A stretch of DNA of 64,000 bases from Heptranchias perlo (lineage: Eukaryota). The position numbers were made by a program, and so were the translations under genes. The notes beneath the pieces are model-generated. The model was not told the DNA's origin and did not search any database. It saw only the letters and a program-made list of their open reading frames with translations. Shown one piece after another: positions 24,960 to 40,944 of this stretch. The stretch covers positions 11,532,001-11,596,000 of the forward strand of contig NC_090351.1 in assembly GCF_035084215.1 (NCBI RefSeq), given 5' to 3'. Numbering within the stretch: the first letter of the stretch is position 1; each line of letters begins with the position of its first letter.

Positions 24960-25860
24960 CACTCTGCTTCTCTCTAGTGTCAGATTCGGCCCTGGCCTAG
25001 GGAGCAAAGATAACCCCCGGCTTCTTTTCACCACTACCGAACATCTTATTAAACCCCTTTCCATTGCCCCATCTACCCTCACCTCCAATAACAAGTGCAA
25101 GGAGCTTATGGACTTCTTTGTCACTGAGATTGAAACCATCCATTTAGCTGCCTCTGCTGCTCCCCTCCGCCCCATTCTCCATGCCCACCAAGCCAAACAT
25201 CCTCCCAGGCTCCCATCTAGCCCTGAACCCCTCTCGCTTTAGTTTCTCTGTTATCTCCCCTCGCCCTTTCCAAGCTCATCTTGTCCATGATACCCACTGC
25301 TTGCTCCCTTGACCCCATTCCCATTAAACTGCTAACCAGACAACTTCCCATCCCAAGCCCCCCAATGCTAACCTCGTCAAAAAAAAACACCCTCGCCCGT
25401 TTCTCCATGAAAACTACTGCCCCATCTCCAACCTCCCCTTCCACTCCAAAGTCCTTGAATGTGTTGTTGCCTCCCAAAGCTTTCCCACAACTCCCTGTTT
25501 CAATCTCTTTAATCAGGTTTGCGTCCCTGCCGCAACGGCTAAACACTATAACAAAAGTCAGAAATGACATTCTCTGTGACTGTGACAATGGTGCATTATC
25601 CCTTCTGGTCCTCCTTGACCTCTCTTCAGCCTTTGACATGTATGGTCAACCACACCATCCTCCTCCAAAGCCTCTCCTCTGTTGTCTATCTCAGTGGAAC
25701 TGACACTTACCTATCTGATCGTGGCTATAACATCTGCAGCAATGGCTTCTCTTCTCACCCCCGCACGGTTATCTCTGGAGCTCCTCAAGAATCTATCCTT
25801 GACCCCCTTGTCGTCCTCATTTACATGTAGCCCTTTGGTAACATCATCCGCAGACTTGAG
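24960..25860 (+). mobile_element. Decayed L2 LINE fragment in TTLL1 intron 1
   Basis: PTACSLDPIPIKLL and KVRNDILCDCDNGALSLLVLLDLSSAFD, APQESILDP motifs. Confidence 0.8.
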
Positions 25861-25983
25861 GTTCAGTGGCATTGTACTGTATGATGCCTAGGAAACTGTG
25901 TGGAAAGGGACAGGAACTACAGTTCTATTAGGTCTCCCATGATAATCTAATGGCCATGATGGGTAGTGAGAACACAAGTTTGC

Positions 25984-26399
25984 TTTTTTCAATTCGTTCA
26001 TGGGACGTGGGTGTTGCTGGCATTTATTGCCCATCCCTAATTGCCCTTGAGAAAGTGGTGGTGAGCTGCTTTCTTGACGACTGATTGGCTTGCTAGGGTG
26101 CTACATTTCATAGGGCAATTAAGAATCAACCACATTTATGTGGGTCTGGAATCACATGTAGGCCAGACCGGGTAAGGACAGCAGGTTTCTCTTCCCTAAA
26201 GGACATTAGTGAACCAGATGGGTTTTTACAACAATCCAGTAGTTTCATGGCCACCATTACTGATACTAGGTTTTTATATTCCAGATTTTATTTTTAATTA
26301 AATTAAATTAATTTAAATTCCCCAGCTGCCATGGCAGGACTTGAACTCATGACTCTGGATTACTAGTCCAGTAACATAACCACTATGCTACCGTACCCT
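25984..26399 (-). mobile_element. tRNA-derived SINE with a LINE-derived 3' tail
   Basis: Reverse strand has A-box TAGCATAGTGG and B-box GTTCAAGTCC; the 3' ~90 nt match the tail of the LINE at about 820-913. Confidence 0.8.
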
Positions 26400-27474
26400 T
26401 ATCAGATGGCTGTTCACTAATTTACAGAAATGGAAAGGGGACAGAAAATTTCTAATTTTCCAGTGCTGGATTTTGAAATGCCTTGTTTTGTATTCATGCA
26501 TGTGTGAGTGATCAATTCAACCATGTGCATATCTTGAAGGACAATGGTAGATAGCTGATTTCTACTTGCGTGGTATGGAGGAAACTGAGAGAATGGAAAT
26601 TCTTTTAATGAAGTAGCAGGGAAAAACGTATGAATTGCACAGTTTGAGTAAAATCCTTAAAAGAATGGGTAAATACATCGCTTGGTGTGGTACTGAGTGA
26701 TACAGACCAGTAAGTCCAGATTCAGTTCTTTGTCTGTACTGAGCTGCCTGATCTCAGCTCCTGATAGCTATCTAGTGACTTGTGTTGGAAAGCGAACCTA
26801 TGTGTGGACAGAATTGGGCTCAGTTATGATGTCCAAAGCCTGCCAACGCTTACTGTCTACACTCATGTATGGCCTGTAATGTATTAGAGTGCTGCCAGTT
26901 CCAAGGAACTGTAACTCACTGTGAAGCAGGACCTGTAAGGGAGGAGGTGAGAAGTGGGAGAAAATTATTGAGGGGTGACCGTTCAATACTATCTAGTCGG
27001 TATTGATGGGAAAGAACATTTTCCTCAAATTCTTGAATAAAATGACTACTTGTTTAGAAAAACACTTATTTAAACACAAATAATCAAGACAGAGGAATTT
27101 ACCACAGTGTTTGAAATAATTGCAGCTGTTAATTTGCTTTGTTAAAATTGGGTGGATACAATAAAAAGGTTGAGAATGGGTTTAACAAATCTGTAATCTC
27201 AAATCCATATTGTATAATTGGGACTCCGTCTTCTCCACGGACGAGAAGGATTTTCCAGTGACACTATAACATACCTCCTTCTGGTCTGCTGGTCATTATC
27301 AGAGCAGGACTGGTAAAGGCCTCACAGCTGGAGATGGTATGTGATACAGGGAGATCCAAGCAAGAGGAATGGGAAAGGGAGGAATGTCCTAATAACAAGA
27401 AGGGGTTTGTGTCCTTAAAAAGTGAATGTAGATATTTAAATGTCCTGAAAATGGTACATTTAAAATTAATATAA

Positions 27475-27804
<330 letters not shown>

Positions 27805-29399
27805 TAATCTTCTGTTATTTGATTACATTACATAATTTAATACAGTCATTATAACCGCTGCAGCTTCCTTACAAATTCATTGCCTTGCACCAGTGTTGAT
27901 CATATTGCAGTTTTAGACCAACATAGATGTCTGTGATTTAGATAACAAGAAAAGCCCCAAAAAACTACTTCAAGATTTATTCATTGCTAAAACTATGACT
28001 GTGGTCTTCCACACTTAATCAAATATTGGCTATTTTGATAGGTTAATTAATAGATTAATTCTGTGATTAATTAAGATTGTCAGTAGATCACAGAGCAGTT
28101 GTAGATAAGATGAAAGGTTACTTCACAATCTGGCTGTTTTCCTGTCTTCAGTTGATAGAAATTTGAGAGACCAGAAGCATAGTGTGCTTTGATTTCTCAG
28201 AGGCCTACACGATTCCTGAATTTCACTTAGTGTCCTGCACCATGAGCAGTTGAAGTACACTATGCTACAAAATGCACAGTCGCGTGTGAAAATGTATCTT
28301 CAATATGTGCTTGTTTGGGTCATTTTGGACATCAATCATGTAACATGTAATTGAATGGGACTTGTGAAAGTATTTTTATTCTGTGCAGCTGTGTCCATAA
28401 AATTCCATTTTTTTTGAGGTAGCTTAGAAGTTCTATCACAGTTTACAGATGTTAGAGCTTCCACAATAGATCTCCAATGTGGTACTGAATCATGTGGACT
28501 GGGAAGTTCCAGGTTTGACTCCTGTTCTGTACTGAGTTAGCCAATCTCAGCTGGAGATGTTTGTAGGGCACTTCAGTTGGCCTCACTGCCCTTAGGAAGG
28601 GGAAAAATTGTCTAGTTATCACTTCTGATTGCCATGCTTGAACGTGTGGTTGTAGGTCAGATTGGATCGACTGTTGGTGGAGGTATGTACCATTTGCCCT
28701 GAAACAGCTGATGGATCAGAAGGTAAGTGTAGATGAGAGCAGCATTGTTTTCTGAGTGCTAGGACACCTCAATAATGGGATTCTGCCTGAAAGTAACGGT
28801 TACCATTTCAAGGTATTGTACATTGGAAATACTTCATCAAAATTTGTTTTGGACTTTTGGGAAGTCATTCTCACATCTATGGGTGAAGAACTCTCAAGGA
28901 TAAAGTAATATTGGGAAAATAAATCTACTTTACAGAGCTCATGTGAGAGGGAGGGGGTGCAAGGACAAGCAATATTGCAGTAATATTAGTGGTAACCATC
29001 TTAAACTTGGCAGTTAAGATCAGTACAACACCTCAAAAGACAAGGGAATGCAACCTGTGTCATAGTACAGTGTAATGTATTTTTGGTTGTCTCATGTACA
29101 TGCTGGGCCAGTGAATTTGCAGATCGAAATTCAAGCTAAAGATAGCTCTGGTGTACAGTGCTGCTCTACCTTTTTAAATGATAAAATTTGCTTTGACAGT
29201 TTAAAAGTTCAACACTTTCAGTAGTATATTCTAAGTACAGTGCATTCTTCTTAAGACTACGATTGATTACATTTCATGAGGAGTACATTTTTAAAAGCAG
29301 GAGCACTAAAGGTGCTTAAGAGCATAAAACTAGTAGTTGGTGAATGCAAATAATGAAGTGTTAAGCTGATTTGTTTAGATAAACAGTTCAGTTAACAAC

Positions 29400-30800
29400 T
29401 CCATCCTCTTCACCCGCTGCTCTAGAATTGTTCATCCCTGTAGGACTGCCTTTTGCTTGGTTCCATTCTTACCACTCCCAACACCCAGCATATCTTTAGC
29501 AATGGCTCCTCCTTCTGCCCATGTGGTTACCTCCAGAGGAACCCAATGTTCCATCCTTGGCTCCTCTTTGTCCTCATTTACACGTGTCCCTCCTCAGTGA
29601 CATTATCTGTTGGTATAGGATCAATTTCCATATGTATGCCGATCACACGTAGCTCTACCTTTCGACCACCCTCGATTCGAACATCACCTCTGTTGTCAGA
29701 CTGCTTATCCAACATCATCATGGATAAGCCAGAATTTCCTCAACCTGAAAATAATCGTGCTTCAGGCAAAAACTCTTTAACCTTGGTTCCAACTCCATCA
29801 CCCTTTCTGAACCAAACCATACACAATGTTATTGTCCTATTCAACCATGCGTTAAGCTTCACATCCTTGGCATTGTGTCTCAAATGAGGCTTAACTTTCT
29901 CCAGCTAAACACTAGGAAGACCAAAACCATCCTACACATCTTCATCACCACCATACTCCAATGCTGTCCTTGTTGGTCTCCCATCCTCCACCCTTCATGA
30001 ACATCAGCTCATACAAAACTATGTTTCTAGTATATTACGCCACAGCTAGTCATGCTTCCCCCATCGTCCCCATCCTCACTGACATCTCTTGGCTCCCAGT
30101 CCCACAACGTACCAAATTTAAAATTGTTATCCTTATATTTAACTTCTTCATGGCTCATCCCTCCCTATCTCTGTAGCCTCCTTCAGCCCTACAACCCCCT
30201 GCAAACTCTCTGTTTTTCTGTTTCCGGCTTCTTTTTCATCCCCCTCCTTTTGCCCCAACATTGGCAGCTGTGCTTTCTGCCCCTAGGTACGACTTTCTCG
30301 ATTTCCCTTACTAAACTCCTCCCCTTTCACCACCCTCTCTTATTTTGAGACCCTTTTTTGAAAAAAACACCTCTTTCATTAAGCTTATGTTCACCCACGC
30401 TTATTTCTCCTTGTTTGGATCGGCATTTCTTTCCCTCTGTGAAGCCCTTTGGGATGGTTTTCTATTTTAAAGGTGCTATGTAATTGCAAGTTGTTACCAC
30501 ATCTGCAACTTCCTCCAACCCTATATTTTCGTCTCCTGTGCATCACCTCCATCTCCACCAATTCAACCAATGGCGGTGGAGCCTTCAGCTATCTCAGCTT
30601 TACTCACTGGAGCCTCCTCTTTAAGTCCCTTTGCTTTGCTGGTTCTCACCCTCCTTCCAAAAGCCCCCTTGAAACCGATCTTTTTGACCATGCTTTCAGA
30701 ATATCTCCTACCTTTTCTATGCCGAGCACCCATTTTGCCTTTTGTGAAGTGTCTTGGGCCATTCGCTACATTAAAGGTGCTATATAAGTTGCTGTTGAAC
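29400..30800 (+). mobile_element. Decayed L2 LINE 3' fragments (tandem tails)
   Basis: PIVPILTDISWLPVPQRTKFKI motif; tails GTGAAG..CTTGGG...AAAGGTGCTAT near 30440-30490 and 30745-30795. Confidence 0.7.
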
Positions 30801-30988
30801 AGTTAAAAGACGAGTGTTTGCAAAGGAAGGATTGGGGCTACTAAGTGACATCAATCAAGCGTGCAAATTATTGAGCTGCTTTTATTGGAATCTGTTCAAT
30901 CATTTTAAAGGGATATAAGTTCCTTTAGTCCAAATCCACTCTGACTTGAGGGGAAGAAAAGGGAGAGTAAAGGACTTCAGAGCTTTAG

Positions 30989-31201
<213 letters not shown>

Positions 31202-33492
31202 TAAGAATGACTTTGTTTTTGTTTTGTTGCTGCTATTATTGGCAACAGAAGGAACTGAGCAGCACCCATAAAAGGGACAGTGGACTAGTTAACACCCTTT
31301 AAATTTACGGGCATTGTATCATCAGAACTTTCTGAAAGTTTTTGTAGTTGAGTTAGAAATGTGAAGAGTCAAAAAATCTTCAATTCATTTCAATATTTTC
31401 ATACCCCATTAAGTTATTTTTTCTCCTTACAAGTAGAATGCCACAGCTTGAGTCACCATTATCCATTCCTCCAGAGAGGCAGAGACACAGTCCATTCCAG
31501 GCCTCTGCCTGTGTCAGCCTGTAACCAGCTCGTAAGAGATCCATGAAAGTGGCATGAGGTGAATTGGTCTCTGCTTATTATTTTTAATTTTTTTCCCTTC
31601 TTGCGGGGAAGCCCATGTGCCTCTACTCTGTTCTTTTCTGCAGCCACCTTGCTGATATCTGGAACTTGCCAAATGAGGAAGTCCTACTACATTGCTTTTT
31701 ATTTCTTGAACTAGTTTTAAAAGAAAGTATCCTACTAGGCTTTAGAGGGTTGTTAGGCTCATACACATAGAACTGAAAGGGAATCAATGAGAATTTTCCA
31801 GAATGTTTGCCACAGATTGAAGTCCTCGCTATTTTACTACCTTCTCCAAGGTACCAGTTGTAATATTGTTTCAAAGTAACCACAGGCAGCATACTATAGC
31901 GGCTGCTAAGACAATTGCTCTCTTCTAGCTTTTCAATGTATAGACCAGAAGGTAAATCGGAGGTTGATCAAACAAAAAGGATTCCCCACTGGAGATGTTA
32001 TCTCTCCAGATTTACCTGTTGCTTGCAGCATGGAGCAGATTTTACTTGGCTGCTGCCTGTCTCCCTTCTGGCTTAAAAAACGTGACATGTAGAGGGGGAT
32101 CGGATGGCTGCCAGTGAAATGCATTTGTCCCTTAAAATGCATTTACGATGTTCTAAGTCGCCAGAGTAAAGCCAGAATAGTCTGTGGACATAAACTGAAC
32201 CCCCAAGATGCCAGCCACTTGTTCTGTATTTTTAAATCCTGTTTTAGATTTTTCTCACTGTCATGAACCTGTTGTGCTGAGCTTGTTTATATGGGTACAA
32301 CAACATTCCAAGTTTAAATTTTTAAAAAAATGTCAGTGAATTTCATTTAAATAAATCAATACAGTATGTGGGGCTGGCATATACTTCATTTAAAATTTTA
32401 AGATTTGTATGTTCATAAATTAGGAATTTGAACTAATGAATTTTAATCATACAAAATTCTTTTATATTCTCTGTATTGATGACTTTTTACATTTTTCTGG
32501 AACTTAATGCACCATTCATAATCGTAAATGGCAAACACAAGAGACTTTTTCTTTTCTGAAGGTGATTCCTTAAATGTTACTGTTTTCCTCTCTTCCTTTC
32601 CCTTGGATCTCCCTATGCCATATCTCATTCCTAGTCAAGAGTTTGATGGGATGGCCATCTTCTAGGTCCCTACTCATGAAACCGATGACTAGGAGATGAA
32701 TGGGAGTAGTCAGGGTGACTTTCCTGCCTGTGGAGAAGTGGTTCGCCCCTATTAGTACTTCGCCCCGCCACATGCTGCAGATGAGATTGGTAACTTTCCG
32801 TGGTAACTTTCCATGTGGAAGATCATGGATGCACAGTCTCATTCTGCAGCGCTGTGGCACAGTCATTTTTTTTAATGGAGAGGCATTCATTTATGAGTAG
32901 CCATTCAAACAAGACAGGTCAAGAAATGAAAATTAACTATGTTAAAAGTCTCTAAACTGATCCCAGCTTGGAGCTGGCTTTGTTTTGAAATGGGCAATGT
33001 ATAAATTAGCACAAAATCTTAAATATTATAAAAGGATATACATATATTTGTTCTTTTTCCTTTTCAGGAGAGTGTTTCAATATGTGTATCTTTTTATGAA
33101 TTGATTGCCAAAGCAGGAACAATGGGATTAATTGGAGCTTGTAAGGGTCCTTAAATAAATGGGCAGTCTCCATTTGATACTGACTCACAGCTTAACATGA
33201 GAGTTAGGACTGGGAAATGGGACAAGTCACTCTGCTGTAATAGGATCTCAGTCCTGCTGAGTCAGTTGGCTGCATTATCTCTCTCAAGGTATTTTTATAG
33301 TGTTTGAATTAAGGGACTGTGGGATCGTCCTCAAATCTGAGAAGATGCAGTCTAAAGAAATAGCAGAGGATGCCAGTGCAGATTTTTGCTATGTCATGCT
33401 GGTGTTTGTCACAAGTGCCCTGGCATCTTGCTTATTAAATCATCCTTGATGTAGCTTTAGAATTGTGAACAAAAAAGGTTCAAGTCAACTAA

Positions 33493-33645
<153 letters not shown>

Positions 33646-35632
33646 TAAGTGTGAAAGTATTCAATTTAATTACTTCTGTACACATATGTGTTTCACCACA
33701 GTTGTAGAGATTTTGGATGCAAGACTCTTCCTTTGAGTGTACGTAATCAATCACGTTAGATAAGTCCAACGTAATTTTTTGAATTTTACAGCTGCTAATC
33801 TTTTCCTCCAAAAAAAACTTCTGAGAAACCTATGCATTTGAATAGAGTGAGGAAAATAATCATATCAGTATTGTAGAAGTTATGGTTTATTGGAGGCTAT
33901 CCAGTGAAATCAGTGCATTGACAGAAAAGAATAAAAATGCTTCTTCATATATTTTTATTGCAATTAGTTTTCTCCTATTTACATTGTTAATTTCTCCCTT
34001 AAGCCCCATGTTATTCTTTATCTGAGGGGTTTGTTGGAAAATGTCATCCCGACCTTTGCCGGGGCAAGTGATTTGTTATCACTTAGATCCATTCAGAAAC
34101 TGGCATTTTCATTGGCATTCACACTCATACGCAAAATTGCAGTAATTAGGCAACATATAACACTACAGAAATGTATTTTGGGATGTCACATTGAGAAGAA
34201 TTGCTTACTCTATATCAGCAGCCGATTGTAGATTTTACAAATTCAGACTCGTGCTGCAGTGCTCTGCCTACTAGGAGCTTATATTGGGAGATTTAAGGCA
34301 TGGAGACCAGCACACACTGGGGGATTTTCCATGCGTGCACAGATTTGTCAAATCTATGCTTTATCTCTGTTATTTATGGCTTTCTGAAAAAACTATTTTA
34401 AGATCAACCCACAAATGCACGACTCAAGCAATTATAAGGTCCTCTTCAGCAAGGTCATCGCCTGGCAGATCATGTGACAACTTGAGCCAAGATACATGGG
34501 AATGAAATTCGTGACTTCCTTAAAACAGAAAATACTGATGCAGTTGATTTTTCAAATGGCTGCTAGGATATACGTCAGTTAAACTTTCTGTTTAGCCACG
34601 AGGAGAGCTAAGGAGCGAGTATCTAAAGAAAATCTTTCAAATATCAAAATAATTCAAAACCATCAAAATCCAGACACAATTGTCAATGCTGCAAGCACCT
34701 AATTGAGGCCTAAAGTTACATGGTTTCAAAGAGTTGAATATCACATGATTCTCATGGCCAGAATAGGAGATTCGTTTAATTGGCCAATCGGATCACCAGG
34801 AGAGGACACAGATCAATGTTTTTAATAGTATAGACAGATACAAAGCATGAAAGTTGACAAATCCTAAAATTTAATATGTAGAACCTTGCACACAATTTAT
34901 GACGTCCATAATGGGAATTACCCTTTGTAAAATCATCTTTGGGCGGAATATAAGATTCTGTGATAAGGTTTGGTTTCCGAATGGCAAATTCAGCCAGTTT
35001 TTGTCGTCTTCTGCTCAAATCTTTGCCCAGGGTATGTCTCCACGATCTTTTATCCCACTTTTTTTTTGAAAGAACTATCACATTGTTTTAAATTTTTGCT
35101 TTTAACTTCTTAGGTGGTCAGAACACTCTGGAAAATTACAATTGTCACATTTCCCAGGTCAAAGTAAATAACATCTTGTGCAGTTTTCTGATTAGCAAAG
35201 TAGATCGCATGTAGGTGGCTCCCCAACCAACAAGCAATACTTCCTACATAAATTCAGTTCAATGTAGTAAAGAGATTGCACTACTGTATACATGCACCTA
35301 TGATTAAATACATGGTTCAAATGGAGAACTAGAAAAAAACGGAGAGCATTACACAGAGCTGGCTGTGATATAAAGAGTGCTGTTTGGTTAAGACAAATGG
35401 GCAATTGATTGATGTCCATTGACTCATAAGTCAGTCAGGACTGGAACATTAATCAAAAGGTCTGATCTGTAAAGTTCAATTAAAAGTAGATTACTCCTGC
35501 CAGCAGTTGTGTGATAGTGACTTGCCCACTTGCTAATACAGAAGATAGACTGGAGAACTCACTAGGAGGATAATCTGTTGATCTTACGAATAATTTTGAT
35601 GAAGTAAGGTCATTATTACTGCATGCTACTGA

Positions 35633-35830
<198 letters not shown>

Positions 35831-37150
35831 TGATAAGCTGTTGCATGCTGAGTGATGAATTGGCCAATATAATCATCCAGTTTAGACAACTACACATTGT
35901 GGTCAGTAGTTTGCAGATGAAAGCTGGTGTAACTGAGCTCTGTAGTGAGTTTGCTTGGTGCTGTTTTACTTCTGGAACCAGCATTCAAATGTAGCCAGAA
36001 TGATGGGATAAGTTTCTTCTCTCTGCTAGAGTTATTTGTGAAGTGAGTTTAGGCAGTCTTAACCCAGTTATCGGTGACCACAAGAACACAGCACAAAACT
36101 GCCCATAAAGGACAGACTTGTTGGTCCCTAATGGCCTTTTTCTGTTCCTAAAAATACACTTGTTCAGCACTAAATTGACAATCTTGTTCAGATAGACCTC
36201 AGGATAGCAAGTGCAAAGTGAATATTCACACTGGTACAGTAGGAGGTGCTGGGATTGGGGTTGAGGCACATTATGAGGAGTAGAGGGGGCTTTCTTCTGC
36301 AGCAGACCATACTTTACCAGCCCAGAGGAGCTTGGTGTGGACACTGGGACACCCATAATAACAACAGCAACTTGTATTTATATGACGCCTTTAACTTAGT
36401 AAAACATCCCAAGGCGCTCCACAGGAGCGTTATCAAACAATGTTCTATTTCTCAGCATCGACCTCCTCACCTTGATCAGCACAAAAATTGAACAAAAGTG
36501 AAGGGATCGGGGGGGAGAAGTGAAAGACAGAAACTGAAGTAGATAGAAGACAATCATCAGAGAGTAAACTGCTGTAATTCTAAAATGATACCGATCTGTC
36601 TGGTCATTTTTGTGTCACAGGTAGGTCGTTCTTTTCAGAACCATGGGAATAAATAAATAGCCTGCACCTGGATCGAGCTGTTTGTATTCAATATCATTGG
36701 GATTTACAAAGCTGACTGGCACTTAAATAAAGGTTATTGTTCTCCTTCATAGGGAAATATTTGCAATTTTTTTCTGCAGATTTCTCTTCCCCCCCCCCCC
36801 ACTAAAGTGCTGACTCATACAGTGGAACAGCCTCACTAGCAGCCCTCTGAAACCTCGCCGCAGTGGTCATTCCTCATGTTGGCAGGTTATTTGGCTGTGG
36901 GGGACGTAACAGCCCACCCCAATCCTGTCCTCACCAGACAAGCATGGGTTACTCGTTTACCATCAGAAGTGGCTCCTCTCCAGTCCAGGGGTGGTGATGC
37001 TAGTTGTACTGCTCTGGCTGCTGCCCCGGCTGAGATCAGCTAACTTGGCACAGGCCAAGGGCTGAACCTGGGACCTTCCTGGCCTGTATACCTCAGTGCC
37101 ACAACTGGATCTCCATTTGCCTTTTGAGTCATTGGGAGGCAACTGTATAA

Positions 37151-37423
<273 letters not shown>

Positions 37424-37986
37424 TAAAAAAAACAGAAAGAAATCAATGCTTCATGGTGGAGGGAAAGTCACTTTGAGTAGGTACTTTGCAATTAATATGA
37501 GCATGTTTACTCTTCGAGCACTGTGTGGGAAGGATTCTTCTATGTTGTTCACTTGAGGTGGGCATGCTCCAACAATGTCAAGGGATAAAATCAGAATGTT
37601 TTAAATATGAATGTAGCTGCTGTTTCTAGATAAATGAGAAACATTTTTTTCTGAGTTAGTTTTAAAATAAAACTGGTTCTGATCAGTCTGAAAACAGACC
37701 AGCTGCATTGATATTGTTCCATGGTGATTCCTGTGGCTGATGTCATGCAAGCATGCCCACTTCAATTCCTCAACAAAATGACTATGTTCTGAGCTCTTTG
37801 AAGAAACCCTATAGAGACAGATTGTTTGTAAAATCATGACTTTGAAAAATCACCACAAATTACTTATTTTTAGTCGCCTTCTTTAAGATAAACATCTTGC
37901 AAATGGATATTTAATTTTCGCTTTAATTACCATCACTTGCTTCATTTAGCGATGACACAAATTAAAAGGTAGAAGATGTTTCTTAA

Positions 37987-38282
37987 CCTGTCCCATTACC
38001 ACCTTCCTTGCCTGCACCATCATCCCTTTTGTCATTTAATCACTCGTGCCCCCTACCCTATCACAGACCTTCCCTTTTGTTCTTTCCTCCCCTCCCCTCC
38101 CCTCTCCTCCCTCCCCTCCCCCCCCCCCACTTTCCCTGGCTCTGTACTTGCTCAAAAACTTAAACTCCTTTAACATCTTCCAGTTCTGACGAAAGGTCTT
38201 CGACCTGAAACGTTAACTCTGTTTCTTTCTCCACAGATGCTGCCTCACTTGCTGAGCTTCTCCAGCATTTTCTGTTTTTATA
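37987..38282 (+). mobile_element. Penelope-like 3' UTR/pLTR fragment (second PLE family)
   Basis: Closely similar to 52505-52765; contains a hammerhead motif. Confidence 0.8.
38182..38218 (+). ncRNA. Minimal type I hammerhead ribozyme motif
   Basis: AGTT-CTGACGA-AAGGTC TTC GACCT-GAAA-CGTT-AACT; stems I and II intact, palindromic stem III ACGT. Confidence 0.8.
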
Positions 38283-38371
38283 TAAAATCTATTTGTGCTT
38301 GTTTCAAACTTATGTTCCCAATGATATCTAGAAAAAAGATGTGCTAGGACACAAATTACGAAGCTACACAT

Positions 38372-38467
38372 TAGCCCAGAATTTCTTGGAGACTTGCGCC
38401 ATTGTAATGGCACATCTACGACGTAGGGCCCGCTTTACAGCGTAAAAGTCCCAGGAAATTATGGCGT
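38372..38467. mobile_element. Short MITE-like element
   Basis: Imperfect TIRs GCCCAGAATTTCTTGGA / CCCAGGAAATTATGGCG resembling the larger TIR family. Confidence 0.5.
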
Positions 38468-39039
38468 CACAAGGAGTGCTAGGAGTCACAAGGTAGTATT
38501 TTTTAAAAGATTGAGAATGCCATTTAAACCACAGGAGTGAAGTTCAGTGAGTTTTTGAGGATACAATAGTTTATGTTCTGATATTTATTATCTGCTTTTA
38601 TATAAGATGGAAAATAAAAATCCTCATTGTTGTCTTTACTCCTGCCTCAGCTTCAGTCTATTTAGTTTGAAATTATGTTACTGTGCAGTGCAAGATGGCA
38701 AAGATGTGGGAGCTCAGGAGAAAATTAAAGAATATGTTTAGAAAGCATCGGCTTTATCTAATAAGCATAAATTTTAATTTTTAAAGATCCATTATGTAGA
38801 ACACAATTTCTGTGATGTGTGGCACCTAAATTTATTGTGGAATTAATGTGTGAAATAAAGCTGCATTGCTTCTGCTGGAGCTGATGGTCAAGTGATGACA
38901 GAAGTGAACTTAAAGAAATAGTTGGCAAATGAGAGATTGATAGAGGTTATGTAAAACAATTCAGAGGTAATTTGTGGCTGGGAGAGGGGATAAAACAAAC
39001 CAAATTTCTTACCGTGTCAGTTTAATGGCACTGTCACAG

Positions 39040-39430
39040 CTGAGGCAGAAGGACGTGGCTTCAAGCCCCACTACGGATTTGAGCGCACAATCTAGGCTGA
39101 CACTTCAGTGCAGTACTGAGGAAGTGCTGCATTGTTAGAGGTGCCGTCTTTCGGATACGACATTAAACCAATGTCTGCCTTTCCAGATGGACATAAAAGT
39201 TCCCATAGCGCTCTGTGAAGATGCACAAGGCGTTCTCCTGGTGTCCTGACTTACATTCTTCCCTCAAGCAACAGCACTAAAAAACAGACTATCTGGCCAT
39301 TCATCTATATGCTGGTTGTGAGACTTTGCTGTGTGCAAATTGGTTGCTGCATTCGCCTACATAGCAACAACAGTTACACTTTAAAAGTAATCCATTCATT
39401 GTAAAGTGTTTTGGTGGTGCTTTCTTTACC
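39040..39430 (+). mobile_element. Deu-domain SINE (SacSINE1/AmnSINE1-like)
   Basis: GGTGCCGTCTTTCGGATACGACATTAAACC...GGACATAAAAGTTCCCATAGC...TTCTCCTGGTGTCCTG Deu-like core; B-box-like TTCAAGCCC. Confidence 0.75.
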
Positions 39431-40285
39431 TGCAAACTGTAACACTTGAGCAGTTTGATTACAAGATATCTGAAAAATATATTAGCACGCTTGAAATACA
39501 GTGCGGTGCTATAATGTGACATAGATCAAGCATCCAAATTGTCTTTTTGGGCCACTTGGGTGAGTACCATGAAGCCTCAGGGGCCAGATATAAGGTTTAA
39601 ATCCATAGTCTCATTAAGTTGCGTATATCTCAGATTGCTGATACTGACAGATCTTGGTGTTCCTAAGTTAAGATTTATCCACTAATGAGGAAATGGCCTT
39701 TTCTAAACCTCTAGCTTCATAAAATTCAAACAGGACAAACCAGCAATTAAGGAATAGTCTGAAGGGCACCTGGCACTGAGATCCCAGGGCTTTGATGGCA
39801 TGTTTGCCAGGGCCACTGGTGGCCCTAGAGTCTCAGGTTGTACACATCTAATATAACCTATAGGTATAATTGTAGGTTGTGACTATATATCTCCAGGACG
39901 TACACATATATAAGCTGTCCTGAGATATTAAAAACTGTAATTCTATGTAACTGTGTTATTTCCCCATAATAGCCTCTGGCTCTGTCTGCTGAGCCCATCA
40001 TAAATCCTCATATAGTTTTACGATGTCTCGCAGCCCACTCTCTGTCAGCTGATGCAGTACTGCACAAGAAATAAAAGCTCAGCTGGCCATAATAATGGAA
40101 GATACAAACTCTAGTGACTTTCCCAAAAGAAAACTTGATGATAAAGAAACCTGTATATATTAATATGTTCATGGTTACATAATCCTCTCAGGGTTTGAAT
40201 AATTGTCTTGCGTTTCATTTTTACAATTTTTTGATGTCTGCACCATGTGCCTGTCACAAAGATGCAACACTTTTTTTTAAAGTAA

Positions 40286-40450
<165 letters not shown>

Positions 40451-40535
40451 TGACTGAGAGGTTCTTTTTAAAACAATTTTGCAGTTTGCACCTCAATTTT
40501 CCACTTAAGTCTTCATGTGTTGGTCTAAATTCTAG

Positions 40536-40700
<165 letters not shown>

Positions 40701-40944
40701 TAAGGTTTTGGCCTGTAGCAGATTGTTATGACTTCCTGTTTGCTTTTTTGTTCCTGTCCTCACCTTCACCTGAAGGTGTGACTCATCTTTTGGATCTGAC
40801 AGGTGTCTAGTATCTCAACCAGGTGGCCGTGCTCCACATGCAATTCTAAATAGTGAAGCTCCCCATGGTTATATAACCTCATACATAGAATTGTATTACA
40901 AATTTAATAATACACTTGAAAAAAATTTGGTTGGCAAGATAATT

